From Pseudomonadales bacterium (GTDB lineage: Bacteria; Pseudomonadota; Gammaproteobacteria; Pseudomonadales; Azotimanducaceae), in NCBI GenBank assembly GCA_028281885.1, contig JANQJA010000011.1:129200-193199 (forward strand): a stretch of 64,000 bases of DNA, written 5' to 3'. How positions within the stretch are numbered: the first letter of the stretch is position 1; each line of letters begins with the position of its first letter. The position numbers and the translations under genes were made by a program. A model generated the notes under the pieces. The model did not search any database. It worked only from the letters and a program-made list of their open reading frames with translations, and was not told the DNA's origin. Positions 35,564-44,870 of the stretch are shown here, piece by piece.

Positions 35564-37250
35564 TGACCTGCGTGCCCGCTACACGCAATACCTCGGAAAT
35601 TGTCGTTTCACCCCTGGCAGCCTTGATCAGCCCATCCTGTAACAGGGTTCGATAGCCCTGGGCTTCTGCCCACTGCCGCAAATCATTGATCTCGGCATTC
35701 TCGGCGACAAGGTTCTGCAGGTCTTCCCCGGCAGGAATGATCTCGTAGATACCAAGTCGGCCCCGGTATCCGGTACCGTGGCACCGTTCGCAGCCCTGAA
35801 CGTCGACGAACCGGGGTTCGGTGACCCAATCTCCGGCCGCAGGTCGCCAGAGTGAGTCCGGCGGTGAGGCGGGTGTGGCGCAATGGGTACAGGCCCTTCG
35901 AACCAGCCGCTGGGCCTGCACCGCCTTGATCGGAGCCGCGACCAAATACGGTTCGACACCCATATCGATCAGCCTGGTAAAGGCCGACAGGGCGTCGTTG
36001 GTGTGTACTGTGGACAGCACCAGGTGCCCGGTCAGCGCAGACTGGATGGCAATCTCGGCGGTCTCAAGGTCGCGGATCTCACCAATCATGATGATGTCGG
36101 GGTCCTGGCGCAGGATGGCGCGCAGTGCCCGGGCAAAGGTGTAGCCGATCTCGGCATTGGCCTGGATCTGGGTCACTCCCTGGACCTGGACTTCGACCGG
36201 GTCCTCGACGGTGATGATCTTCTGGCGTCCGTCGACCAGTTCCGAAAGACCACTGTAGAGCGTTGTAGACTTGCCCGAGCCAGTGGGGCCTGTCACCAGC
36301 ACGATGCCGTTGGACACCTTGAGCATGCTCCGCATCAGCTTCAGGTGATCCGGCTCCATGCCCAGTGTGTCCAGGGACATGGACTCACGGTGCTTGGGAA
36401 GCAGTCGCAGCACGACAGATTCGCCGAATGCACAGGGCGCTGTGGACACGCGGATGTCCATCTCCCGGCCGCCCAGTCTGGCAGTGATTCGGCCGTCCTG
36501 GGGCAGCCGGGACTCGGCGATATCCATACCACTGATCAACTTGATTCGGGACGCGACGGCGGGGAAACGGTTGATCGACTGGGTCATCTGGGAGTGCAGC
36601 ACGCCGTCAACCCGGTATCGGATGACAAACAGTTCCTCGTCCGGGTCGATATGCACGTCTGACGCACCCGCGTTAGCGGCCCGGGTCAGGATATTGTTGA
36701 CGAGTTCAATCACCGGGGCCTCCTCGGCGAGTTCCAGCAAACTCTGGTTGGAATCGGTGGAGAGGAGCCGGGTGACGGCGATCTCCTGCTTGATGAACCC
36801 GGTCATCCGTTCGATTTCGTAGCTGGAAGCCAGTGCCCACGCCAGCCTGAATCCGGCAGGAACCAGCGTAGTTTCCAGAACTTCCCGCAGTTCATCGCGG
36901 TCGAATTGCGATGACACCGTCCAGAGGCACTGCGGATCTGATGGATCCCGCCAGATGATGGTGTCGTGGTCGATCAGCCAGTCGGTTGAGAGGGGGAGTT
37001 CTCGCATGGTCTCGAACAACTCGAAATCATCGATGGCGGTGACTTCCTGACCAAGGATCGGGTACCCCCATTGCCGTGACAGCGCCTGGATGATCATGTC
37101 CTCGCTGGCCGCGCCCGAGCGAACCAGCAGGTGGCCCAGCCGGCCGCCGATGCGGGACTGTAGTTCGAGGGCCTGCTGAATGTCCGTCTCGGAGACGGTG
37201 CCGAGTTCCACCAGCCATTCGCCCAGCGGTTTCCAGGTGCTGTTAGTCAT
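35538..37250 (-). CDS. gspE: T2SS ATPase GspE with N-terminal MshEN-type domain
   Basis: Walker A GPTGSGKST, Asp and His boxes, and the tetracysteine motif CTHC...CERCHGTGY. Confidence 0.92.
   Translation of the reverse strand: MTNSTWKPLGEWLVELGTVSETDIQQALELQSRIGGRLGHLLVRSGAASEDMIIQALSRQWGYPILGQEVTAIDDFELFETMRELPLSTDWLIDHDTIIWRDPSDPQCLWTVSSQFDRDELREVLETTLVPAGFRLAWALASSYEIERMTGFIKQEIAVTRLLSTDSNQSLLELAEEAPVIELVNNILTRAANAGASDVHIDPDEELFVIRYRVDGVLHSQMTQSINRFPAVASRIKLISGMDIAESRLPQDGRITARLGGREMDIRVSTAPCAFGESVVLRLLPKHRESMSLDTLGMEPDHLKLMRSMLKVSNGIVLVTGPTGSGKSTTLYSGLSELVDGRQKIITVEDPVEVQVQGVTQIQANAEIGYTFARALRAILRQDPDIIMIGEIRDLETAEIAIQSALTGHLVLSTVHTNDALSAFTRLIDMGVEPYLVAAPIKAVQAQRLVRRACTHCATPASPPDSLWRPAAGDWVTEPRFVDVQGCERCHGTGYRGRLGIYEIIPAGEDLQNLVAENAEINDLRQWAEAQGYRTLLQDGLIKAARGETTISEVLRVAGTQVSDEAGVPA
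37071..37229 (-). other. Tandem MshEN-type (c-di-GMP-binding) motif in GspE residues 8-60
   Basis: The region reads PLGEWLVELGTVSETDIQQALELQ, spacer SRIGG, then RLGHLLVRSGAASEDMIIQALSRQ. Two 24-residue repeats fit RLGxx(L/V/I)(L/V/I)xxG(L/V/I)(L/V/I)xxxxLxxxLxxQ, separated by 5 residues. Confidence 0.6.
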
Positions 37251-37335
37251 AATGGGGGTAAGAATCTGCCTCTAAGCGATTGATATTAACAGAGAAGTCG
37301 CGCTGACCCGAGGGTATTGAGCGACAGTCCGAGGT

Positions 37336-38355
37336 TCAGGTTCGGAAAATGAAGAAGCGCTGGATCAGGAAATTCACGAAGAACAGAACACTGGTGATCA
37401 TCAGGTAGAAGATTGTACTGGAGTTCCCGGCCAGTGGACCAATACCACCCATCACCAGTGATGCCACGAGTATGTTGATCCCCACTAGCGATACATATTC
37501 AACGAACTGCCGGGGTATTGAGCGATGCGAGTGGTAAACGAACCGTCGCATGGTAAAGAAGTACAACGTCGCGGTGATGGGGCGGACGATCAGGAAGGCA
37601 GCCCCCGGCGGAAGTAACAGCGCGATCAGGCTGAACGCCCCGAAATCAAGCGCGGCGAATAATAGCGCGACGGCGGTATGCCGAATAAAGACAAAGTAGA
37701 TCCGAGCTGAGTCCAGCAGTGGTCGAAAATGGGAGGTCGGGTTGCCCGGCTCATAGACCGTCTCGATTGGAATCTCGGTGTAAGGTTTTGACCGGACCAG
37801 CTTCGCCAGCACGTCGAACTCGAACTCATATCGGTTGGACGGGGTCTTGAGTAGCGTGTCATAAGTCGCCGCCGGATATCCGCGCAATCCCGTCTGAGTG
37901 TCTCTTAGCGGTTTTCGCATGGTTATCCGGAACAGATGATTGGTGACGAGGTTGCCAGCCCGGCTGCGTAGAGGTACTTCTGCGCCAAATTCGCGATAAC
38001 CGAGCGTCAGGGTGCCTGATTCGGCTGTCGCCCGGGCGATCCTTTCGATGTCTTTGGCAAGATGCTGTCCATCCGCATCAGCGGTCACGACGTAGGGTGC
38101 ACCGTGTTTCGATGCGAACTCAATGCCGGTTCGAATGGCGGCTCCCTTGCCGATGTTCTCGGGATGTCGAATCACTGTGGCGCCGCATGCCGATATGCTG
38201 TCGAAGATGTGTTGATGTGTCGGATCGGATCCATCATCGATCACGACGATCTGGTTGAATTGACCCGTGCTTTCAAGACATTGAACAAGCTCTACCAGTG
38301 CAGTGTCTGGTTGGTAGGCCGGAATCAGCAACATGCCCCGGATTGCTTCAGTCAT
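37336..38355 (-). CDS. Bifunctional glycosyltransferase family 2 / GtrA-like membrane domain protein (polyprenyl-phosphate sugar synthase-like)
   Basis: GT2 N-terminus (LLIPAYQP...VVIDDGSD...DADGQH). The C-terminal ~110 aa have four TM helices resembling GtrA. Confidence 0.75.
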   Translation of the reverse strand: MTEAIRGMLLIPAYQPDTALVELVQCLESTGQFNQIVVIDDGSDPTHQHIFDSISACGATVIRHPENIGKGAAIRTGIEFASKHGAPYVVTADADGQHLAKDIERIARATAESGTLTLGYREFGAEVPLRSRAGNLVTNHLFRITMRKPLRDTQTGLRGYPAATYDTLLKTPSNRYEFEFDVLAKLVRSKPYTEIPIETVYEPGNPTSHFRPLLDSARIYFVFIRHTAVALLFAALDFGAFSLIALLLPPGAAFLIVRPITATLYFFTMRRFVYHSHRSIPRQFVEYVSLVGINILVASLVMGGIGPLAGNSSTIFYLMITSVLFFVNFLIQRFFIFRT

Positions 38356-40213
38356 CTGTGACCTGCTTTGAATTCGGGTCGATGGGGTGAAGCTGCAGTC
38401 CGTCTGCGCCCAATTCGATGCGAAAGAGGGTTCCCAGTACGTCCGGCATTTCCGCCTCGGGGATGAAACTGATGACCAGCCTCGCGAGGGGCTGGTCGAG
38501 ACGGGTAAAGATTACGAATCGGTAGGGCGTAAGGAGTTCAGTAAGGGCGTCGGGTGTGAGGTCACCTGGTGGCTCGAGATTAAAATGGCTGACAGCGGGA
38601 GACAGGTCGTGGGCAATCATCATCCGATAAAACTGTGCCTCTCTGGCAATATCCACCAGTATCTTGTCTCCCGGTGCGGTGTTTGACAGTACATACTCGG
38701 CGATTGGCGCGAATTGGTGTCTGAATGGCTGCTTCCAGGGCTTCTTGTAGAGAGCGGGAAGGTAAGGGGGAGATAGCACATAGAGCAGGGTCGCCAGTGC
38801 CGGTGGTATCCAGTGTGAGGCGCGATGTCCTCCCGAGAAGTTTGGCAGGTGAACAGCAAAGGCAATCCCAATCAGTGGCAGCAGGACAATGTTGGCATAG
38901 CGTACATAGGAAACCAGGTTGAGTCCCGCCCGTTCGGGAAAGATAAACAGATACAGGCAAAGCAGCAGCCCGAGATAGAGCAGCGTCGTACCGAACATGA
39001 ATAGCGCCGTCGCCGTGACCTGGCGCCTCTTGTCGGGCGCGAGCCAGAAAGCCCCCGCGAACATCAGTAGTGCGATCAGTCCCCAGCCCACGGCGGACGG
39101 CTGCAGCGACTTTGAGTATTCACTCGTCAGCGGATAGCTGAACTCGTTGTAGCGAATCGACATCTCGTCACTGCCAGTTTGCTGGGCAAAAAGCACTTCT
39201 GCAAAGCGGCTGAGCACAGGTTCCCGTGCCGGATCGATGTCCAGCCCGAGCGTTGTCTGGATGCCTGTCGCGGCATCCAGCTTGCGAGCTTCTTCAGTGA
39301 CGCCGACCATGGTCTGTCGGGCCGACCAGAGACCGCTGGCGAGTAGAGGGGTTGCCATGGTCATGATGGTGAGCAGGATAGCCAGGCCCGCTGAGATATT
39401 TCTTGTGCAGAAGAACCTGACGAGAACGAAAAGCCCGCCACACGCCGCAAAGTAGATGCCCACGTCCTTGACCAGGGCGAGGACGACAAGGGGCGGCAGA
39501 AGCAGAAATGTCTGTCTGACTGAAGGCTCATCGTTCAGCTGAACCAGAATGACGCCGAGGAATAACGCGGCCACGACATGATCGACATAGAGGCTGGCCC
39601 AGCCATGTCCGAGCACCGAGAGCAGAAACAGCATTGTAAGCGTCGCGGCAACAACTGCGGGCGTATCTCGCCAGTTCAGCCGATCCAATAGCGGAAGCAG
39701 TGCTGCGATCAACACGACAAACTGTGCGGTGTAGGTTGCCCCTTCGCTGTAGCCAAGGTTCAGTGTGACGAAGTAGTTCCAGAGCGGTATCGCGGGCGGG
39801 TAGTTAAGGAACGCAACACTGCTGTCTGGTCCATAAAGTGTGTCATGGCCCAGCATGTCGCGGACCACGAGCCCCCAGTGGGAGAATTCATCCCACTTGA
39901 AATACTCGGCGTTCTGGAACAAAAACCAGTGAATGAAGGTTAGGACAACGAGCACCATCAATGGCGGGGAGAGCGCGACCTGTCGCAGGCGACCTCCTTG
40001 CTGCAGGCGCCATCCACCATAGATGCCTGCCAGCATGCCCGACCAGAAGAGTCCAATTGCTGCAGGCTTGAGGAATCCGGAGATGCCAGCGACGAACAAG
40101 GCACAGATCAAAGAGGCAATGACAAACAGGGGCGCTTTGCCTGGCGACATTGATTCGTTCGACGCCGTTAGCAGAACGTAGCCCAGGACAGGCAGGGTAA
40201 TCAGGGTGGTCAC
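38348..40213 (-). CDS. Large polytopic membrane protein, possible GT-C-fold glycosyltransferase
   Basis: 621 aa with more than 12 predicted TM helices. An acidic motif KWDEFSHWG sits after the early helices and is reminiscent of GT-C loop-1 DE/DxD motifs. Overlaps the downstream GT2/GtrA gene by 8 nt. Confidence 0.45.
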   Translation of the reverse strand: MTTLITLPVLGYVLLTASNESMSPGKAPLFVIASLICALFVAGISGFLKPAAIGLFWSGMLAGIYGGWRLQQGGRLRQVALSPPLMVLVVLTFIHWFLFQNAEYFKWDEFSHWGLVVRDMLGHDTLYGPDSSVAFLNYPPAIPLWNYFVTLNLGYSEGATYTAQFVVLIAALLPLLDRLNWRDTPAVVAATLTMLFLLSVLGHGWASLYVDHVVAALFLGVILVQLNDEPSVRQTFLLLPPLVVLALVKDVGIYFAACGGLFVLVRFFCTRNISAGLAILLTIMTMATPLLASGLWSARQTMVGVTEEARKLDAATGIQTTLGLDIDPAREPVLSRFAEVLFAQQTGSDEMSIRYNEFSYPLTSEYSKSLQPSAVGWGLIALLMFAGAFWLAPDKRRQVTATALFMFGTTLLYLGLLLCLYLFIFPERAGLNLVSYVRYANIVLLPLIGIAFAVHLPNFSGGHRASHWIPPALATLLYVLSPPYLPALYKKPWKQPFRHQFAPIAEYVLSNTAPGDKILVDIAREAQFYRMMIAHDLSPAVSHFNLEPPGDLTPDALTELLTPYRFVIFTRLDQPLARLVISFIPEAEMPDVLGTLFRIELGADGLQLHPIDPNSKQVTDD

Positions 40214-40233
40214 AAGATCATCAACCGAGAAGT

Positions 40234-41187
40234 CTACTCCCGGCGTTCCCCCTCATTCCGGCAGAACCACTCATAGGTGGAGGCCAGCCCCTCTTCAAGT
40301 GCAATCGTTGCTTTCCAGCCCAGGCTTTCGATTTTGGTGACATCCAGCAGCTTGCGCGGTGTGCCGTCCGGTTTGCTGGCGTCGTACTCCAGCTCTCCTC
40401 TGAAACCGATAATCTGTACCAGCAGCTCGGCAAGCTCGCGAATGGATACATCGGTGCCGGTACCCACGTTGATATGGGAAAGCATGGGGGATGTGACCTC
40501 ATCGTACTTGCTCTTCTCAATGCGCATGATATGCACACAGGCCGAGGCGAGGTCATCCACATGAAGAAATTCGCGGCGGGCTGAACCGGTTCCCCAGATG
40601 GTTACTGCCTTGTCGCTGTTCTCTTTCGCCTCGTGAATCCTGCGCATCAATGCGGGGATCACGTGGCTGTCAGTGGCGTGAAAGTTATCGCCGGGACCGT
40701 ACAGATTGGTTGGCATCAGCGACCGGTAGTCTCGGCCATATTGGCGATTGTAGGACTCGCAGAGCTTGATGCCGGCGATCTTTGCGATTGCGTAGGGCTC
40801 GTTGGTGGATTCCAGTGAGCCAGTCAGCAATGCCTCCTCGGTCATGGGCTGCTCGGCCAGTTTCGGGTAGATACATGAGCTGCCCAGAAACAACACTCGA
40901 TCGCAGCCGGCCAGATGGGCCCCATGGATCAGGTTCGCCTCGATCATCAGGTTTTCATAGATGAACCGGGCGGGGTAGGCGTTGTTAGCGTGAATCCCGC
41001 CGACGCGGGCTGCGGCGACGATGACGGTATCCGGCCTCTTTTTGCCTAGAAATTCCGTCACAGCCGACTGATTGATCAGGTCGATTTCACCTCGGGACGC
41101 AAGAATCAGCTGTTCTTCAGAGCCAGTCAGTGCCCTGACGATGGCAGAGCCCACCATACCGTTGTGTCCGGATACAAATGTTGTCAT
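40234..41187 (-). CDS. fcl: GDP-L-fucose synthase
   Basis: Alignable end to end with E. coli Fcl as I recall it ([67 protein letters not shown]). Confidence 0.92.
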   Translation of the reverse strand: MTTFVSGHNGMVGSAIVRALTGSEEQLILASRGEIDLINQSAVTEFLGKKRPDTVIVAAARVGGIHANNAYPARFIYENLMIEANLIHGAHLAGCDRVLFLGSSCIYPKLAEQPMTEEALLTGSLESTNEPYAIAKIAGIKLCESYNRQYGRDYRSLMPTNLYGPGDNFHATDSHVIPALMRRIHEAKENSDKAVTIWGTGSARREFLHVDDLASACVHIMRIEKSKYDEVTSPMLSHINVGTGTDVSIRELAELLVQIIGFRGELEYDASKPDGTPRKLLDVTKIESLGWKATIALEEGLASTYEWFCRNEGERRE

Positions 41188-41298
41188 CAGTCAGCCGAAT
41201 GTTTATTGAGAGCCCAATTATACGCGGCGACTTGCCAATGTCTTGGGCGCCCGCAAAATGTTTAAAATGGAACTCGACCCAGTCGTGAACGCAGCTCC

Positions 41299-42420
41299 TT
41301 GAAAATACTTGTTAATGCAATCAATCTGACGTCCGCGGGGACGCGCTCGACTGGGGTTGAACTTTTTAAAGCGCTCTCAGCGATGGATGTGTCGCATCAG
41401 TTGGTTATCCTGATCCCGGCGGGATATGGACTCCGTCCGAATGAATTGTCGGAGTATCTTGAATATGTTGAATACAGTCCGCCCAAAGGGCTGCTGTATT
41501 GGTTGTGGCGTTTGTGGTTCGATTTTTTTGAGATCCCGCGAGTGGCAACGACTTATCAGGTTGCCGCAGTGTTTGCGCTTGGTAATCATCTTCCGGCCCG
41601 GATCGATGTTCCGGGCGTTGTTTTGTACCGGAATCCGCATTATGTGTTGCCGGTGGAGGCGCTTTCTTTACCGAAAAGGCTCGAACGCATGCTGTTCGGA
41701 TTAACGGTTAGACGAGGTCATCACTTCATCGCACAAACAGAGATGATGAAGCGGAAGTTGGTTGATGTATGGGGGTTATCTGAAGTTCAGGTATCAGTAG
41801 TACCCAATGGCGTCTCGCCGGTCGTTAAGCGGCGGGATACGCCAAGACAATTAGTTCAGCGAGATAGTTTTCGCCTGCTCTACGTCAGCCGTTACTATCC
41901 CCACAAGAATCATGAGTTCCTCATTGCGCTTTTGGCGCGATTTGCGGAACTTGGTATCGATCAGGTAGAGATACGATGCACTGTGGATGCTTCAGGAAGC
42001 GCTGGTTTGGCGCTCCAGAGAAGCGCCAGAAGAGCAGGCGTCGAACGATTTCTAACGCTTATCGGCGAAGTTTCCGACGCTGAACTCTCGAATGAATATG
42101 AGTCGGCTGATGCTTTCATTTATCCGTCGACAATGGAAACTTTTGGTAATCCTCTGGTTGAAGCGTTGTGTGCCGGTTTGCCAGTATTTGTCGCAGATAT
42201 GCCCTACGCCCACGAGATATGCGGAGACGCTGCGATCTATTTCTCTCTGGACCGGGTCGATGATGTGCGAAGGAAGATAGAAGTCTTGATCAATGATGCG
42301 GATGGCTATGCCGCGCGATCCGAATTGTCTCTTGAGCGAGCTGGACGTTATCCTGACTGGAGTACTGTGGCGCGCCAGTATCTTCAGATTTTGCAGCGCA
42401 AGATTGAAACGTCCGGATAA
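41299..42420 (+). CDS. Glycosyltransferase family 1 (GT4-type)
   Basis: TTG start giving MKILVNAINL. The C-terminal EX7E-type region reads PSTMETFGNPLVEALCAGLPVFVAD. Confidence 0.8.
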   Translation: MKILVNAINLTSAGTRSTGVELFKALSAMDVSHQLVILIPAGYGLRPNELSEYLEYVEYSPPKGLLYWLWRLWFDFFEIPRVATTYQVAAVFALGNHLPARIDVPGVVLYRNPHYVLPVEALSLPKRLERMLFGLTVRRGHHFIAQTEMMKRKLVDVWGLSEVQVSVVPNGVSPVVKRRDTPRQLVQRDSFRLLYVSRYYPHKNHEFLIALLARFAELGIDQVEIRCTVDASGSAGLALQRSARRAGVERFLTLIGEVSDAELSNEYESADAFIYPSTMETFGNPLVEALCAGLPVFVADMPYAHEICGDAAIYFSLDRVDDVRRKIEVLINDADGYAARSELSLERAGRYPDWSTVARQYLQILQRKIETSG

Positions 42421-43283
42421 TGAACAAGATCAAACGTATCAGTATTGTGACGCCTTGCTTAAATGCGGAACGGTACATCCTCGAGACAGCCCAATCTATT
42501 CTTAACCAGTCGGCTGTGAGAAGTGGTCAGGTAGAACTGGAATACGTCGTTGTTGATGGCCAATCCACTGACCGCACCGTCGAACTATTGAGATCATTGG
42601 AAGACGACAGGATTAGGATTATCTCCGAACCGGACTCTGGCATGTACGATGCGCTCGCCAAGGGGTTGAGGCTGGTAACGGGGGACGTGGTGGCCTATCT
42701 GAATGCCGGGGATCTCTATTTTGAACACGCTTTTCAGATTCTGGTGGATATCTTCACAAATCCTTCAGTCAGATGGATAACCGGGTTCAAAGTAATATTC
42801 AACGAGAAATCAGAGGTCATCGGTGTGTATCGTCCGTTTCGATACAAACGAGAATTGATTCTCGCAGGGTCCTACGGTTCCATGTTGCCGTTCATTCAGC
42901 AGGAGTCGACCTTCTGGCGTCGCGAACTGCTAGAGTCAGTTGATCTTGAGGGATTAAAAGAGTTTCGGCTGGCGGGTGATAGCTATTTATGGTGGCGCTT
43001 TGCAAAAGCAGGTGAGGAACCCAGAGTGGTTACATCACTGCTGGGCGGGTTCAGAAAGCACGTAGGCCAACTTTCTGAGAATAGGGCTAGATACATGGCT
43101 GAAATGAGATCGATGACTTCGCCAACCTTGCGTGAAAAAGCCTTGGCGCTGTTTGAGAGACTGATTTGGCCGATGCCCTGGCGTATCAAAAATCGCCTGA
43201 GCAATACTTACAGTATTGGATACCATCTTGATACAGGAACCTGGCGCGCGGGCGAATCCGACGGCACGTTTGGTGCCAACTGA
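42420..43283 (+). CDS. Glycosyltransferase family 2 (small WcaE-like type)
   Basis: ISIVTPCLNAERYI ... YVVVDGQSTDRT. TAATG overlap with the preceding gene. Confidence 0.8.
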   Translation: MNKIKRISIVTPCLNAERYILETAQSILNQSAVRSGQVELEYVVVDGQSTDRTVELLRSLEDDRIRIISEPDSGMYDALAKGLRLVTGDVVAYLNAGDLYFEHAFQILVDIFTNPSVRWITGFKVIFNEKSEVIGVYRPFRYKRELILAGSYGSMLPFIQQESTFWRRELLESVDLEGLKEFRLAGDSYLWWRFAKAGEEPRVVTSLLGGFRKHVGQLSENRARYMAEMRSMTSPTLREKALALFERLIWPMPWRIKNRLSNTYSIGYHLDTGTWRAGESDGTFGAN

Positions 43284-44128
43284 TGCATCTGGCCGCGCTC
43301 ACCACCTGTCACAATCGTAGAGACAAGACACTGACCGCTCTGGCTGATCTGATCGGCCAGAAACTATCGGATGGTGACATACTTCAGATACTGGTCGTCG
43401 ATGATGGCGGGACTGACGGGACGAGTGAAGCGATTCGAGATCGGTTTCCTGAAGCGCGCGTGATCGCCGGTTCAGGTGATCTCTTTTGGGCGGGCGGAAT
43501 GCGGTTCGGTTTCTCTCAGCTTGACATGTCTCAATACGACGCCTTGCTTGTCTTCAACGATGATGTGCGCCTTAAGCCTGGTGCGGTAAGGACATTGATT
43601 GAATCCAGTCGTGAGATTGAACGTTTCGCGGGAGCGTTGCATGCAATCTGTGGCAGCCTTGCGAGCGAAACGGGCGGCGCGGTGACCTACGGTGGGTATC
43701 GGTCAACATCTCGATGGTTCCCCCTGAGCCACGCCCGGCTACCGCCGATAGATTCGGTGCAGCCAGTTGATACGTTCAACATGAACTTTGCTTTGATACG
43801 GAGGGAGGCCATCGAGCACATTGGTTTCCTGGCGCCTTATTTCAGGCATTCCGAAGCGGACATCGAATTTTGTCGACGGCTTACCAGGGCGGGCGGGAGG
43901 TGCTGGATGGCGCCCGGAATTCAGGGGTGCTGTGAGCGCAATGATGTCGCTGGCACATGGATGGAGTCAGACATTTCCAGGTTTGAACGCTTGCGTCGCT
44001 TTAGTTCAGTCAAGGCCTGGCCGTTCTGGACGCGGCTCAGGTACTGCGTGACATATGGAGGGTGGTTCTGGCCAGCTACCTGGCTTGCTCCTTATGTGAG
44101 GATGATTGTCTTTAATCGAATCAAGTAA
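43283..44128 (+). CDS. Glycosyltransferase family 2
   Basis: TTCHNRRDKT ... VVDDGGTDGTSE ... FNDDV motifs. TGATG overlap with the preceding gene. Confidence 0.75.
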   Translation: MHLAALTTCHNRRDKTLTALADLIGQKLSDGDILQILVVDDGGTDGTSEAIRDRFPEARVIAGSGDLFWAGGMRFGFSQLDMSQYDALLVFNDDVRLKPGAVRTLIESSREIERFAGALHAICGSLASETGGAVTYGGYRSTSRWFPLSHARLPPIDSVQPVDTFNMNFALIRREAIEHIGFLAPYFRHSEADIEFCRRLTRAGGRCWMAPGIQGCCERNDVAGTWMESDISRFERLRRFSSVKAWPFWTRLRYCVTYGGWFWPATWLAPYVRMIVFNRIK

Positions 44129-44870
44129 CCTGCCGCGGAGAAATCCACTGAGAGAGTTTCCTGAGGGGTTTAAACAGAGTTGTCCAGGGGTAGGGCTTTA
44201 AAGCGTTGACTTCCCAGGCTCTCTGGTCCATCCGGTTTGCCTTTAATCTTGCCTTGATCGACTGGTTGCTGGCACCGCCAATCAGCATCTCCGTGATCAA
44301 CATAGGAATGTAGCTGCATGATGCCCTATGTTTGTAGAGTAATCGCAGCATCATCTCATAGTCAGCCGAAGTGCCAAGATCGAGGCGATAGGTACCATAT
44401 TGATCGTAGAGTTCCTTTCTCACAAAGAATCCAGGGTGTGGAGGCATCCATCCCCAAAGGAAACGTGATCTCTCGAAATCGCCGCCGCGCCAGTAGCGTA
44501 CGGGTTTCCCTGAACGATCTACGTACCTGATATCACCGTAACAACAGTCGACGCCAGTTGACGCCATGTGATCAAGAACTGCTTCGAGAACTGAATCAGT
44601 AACATACCTGTCGTCGCTGTTGAGAATCCCAATGACGTTACCACTGGCATGTTCGATGCCTTTGTTGATTGCATCGTAAATGCCGTTGTCGGTTCCTGAG
44701 ATATATCTATTAACGTGTTCGAAAGATTGAACTATATCGGAAGTTTGGTCTGAAGAAAGGCCATCAACCACAATGTGTTCGGCAGCGATCGTTTGGGACG
44801 CGACGCTCTTAAGACAAATCTGAATCGTTGGCGCTGAGTTGCGAGCAGGCGTAATGATCGAGATATTCAC
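44121..44870 (-). CDS. Glycosyltransferase family 2 (small WcaE-like type)
   Basis: ISIITPARNSAPTI ... HIVVDGLSSDQT ... ILNSDDRY. Its 3' end overlaps the convergent gene by 8 nt. Confidence 0.8.
   Translation of the reverse strand: MNISIITPARNSAPTIQICLKSVASQTIAAEHIVVDGLSSDQTSDIVQSFEHVNRYISGTDNGIYDAINKGIEHASGNVIGILNSDDRYVTDSVLEAVLDHMASTGVDCCYGDIRYVDRSGKPVRYWRGGDFERSRFLWGWMPPHPGFFVRKELYDQYGTYRLDLGTSADYEMMLRLLYKHRASCSYIPMLITEMLIGGASNQSIKARLKANRMDQRAWEVNALKPYPWTTLFKPLRKLSQWISPRQVT

Noticed and set aside
35883-36662. 259-aa plus-strand ORF inside gspE, with similar cases at 31821-32522, 32441-33055 and 32946-33488 inside gspK, gspJ and gspI
   Set aside because: All are antisense to strongly supported T2SS genes. 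Their translations are Arg/Gly/His-rich with no domain features.
27118-37250. Possibility that the pilin-like operon encodes a type IV pilus or MSHA system rather than a T2SS
   Set aside because: A canonical GspG sequence is present, along with GspK (no Glu+5), GspL-like and GspM-like bitopic proteins, and the tetracysteine GspE. There are no PilM/N/O/P, PilT or major pilin genes. This all points to a T2SS.
40221-40562. 113-aa ORF in an alternative frame at the 3' end of fcl
   Set aside because: The fcl frame aligns end to end with known Fcl. The alternative frame has no features.
41175-41264. Direct repeat AATGTTTA (41198-41205 and 41257-41264) in the fcl / GT1 divergent promoter region
   Set aside because: An 8-mer repeated in AT-rich promoter DNA is weak evidence. 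There is no palindromic structure and no known operator consensus I can assign.
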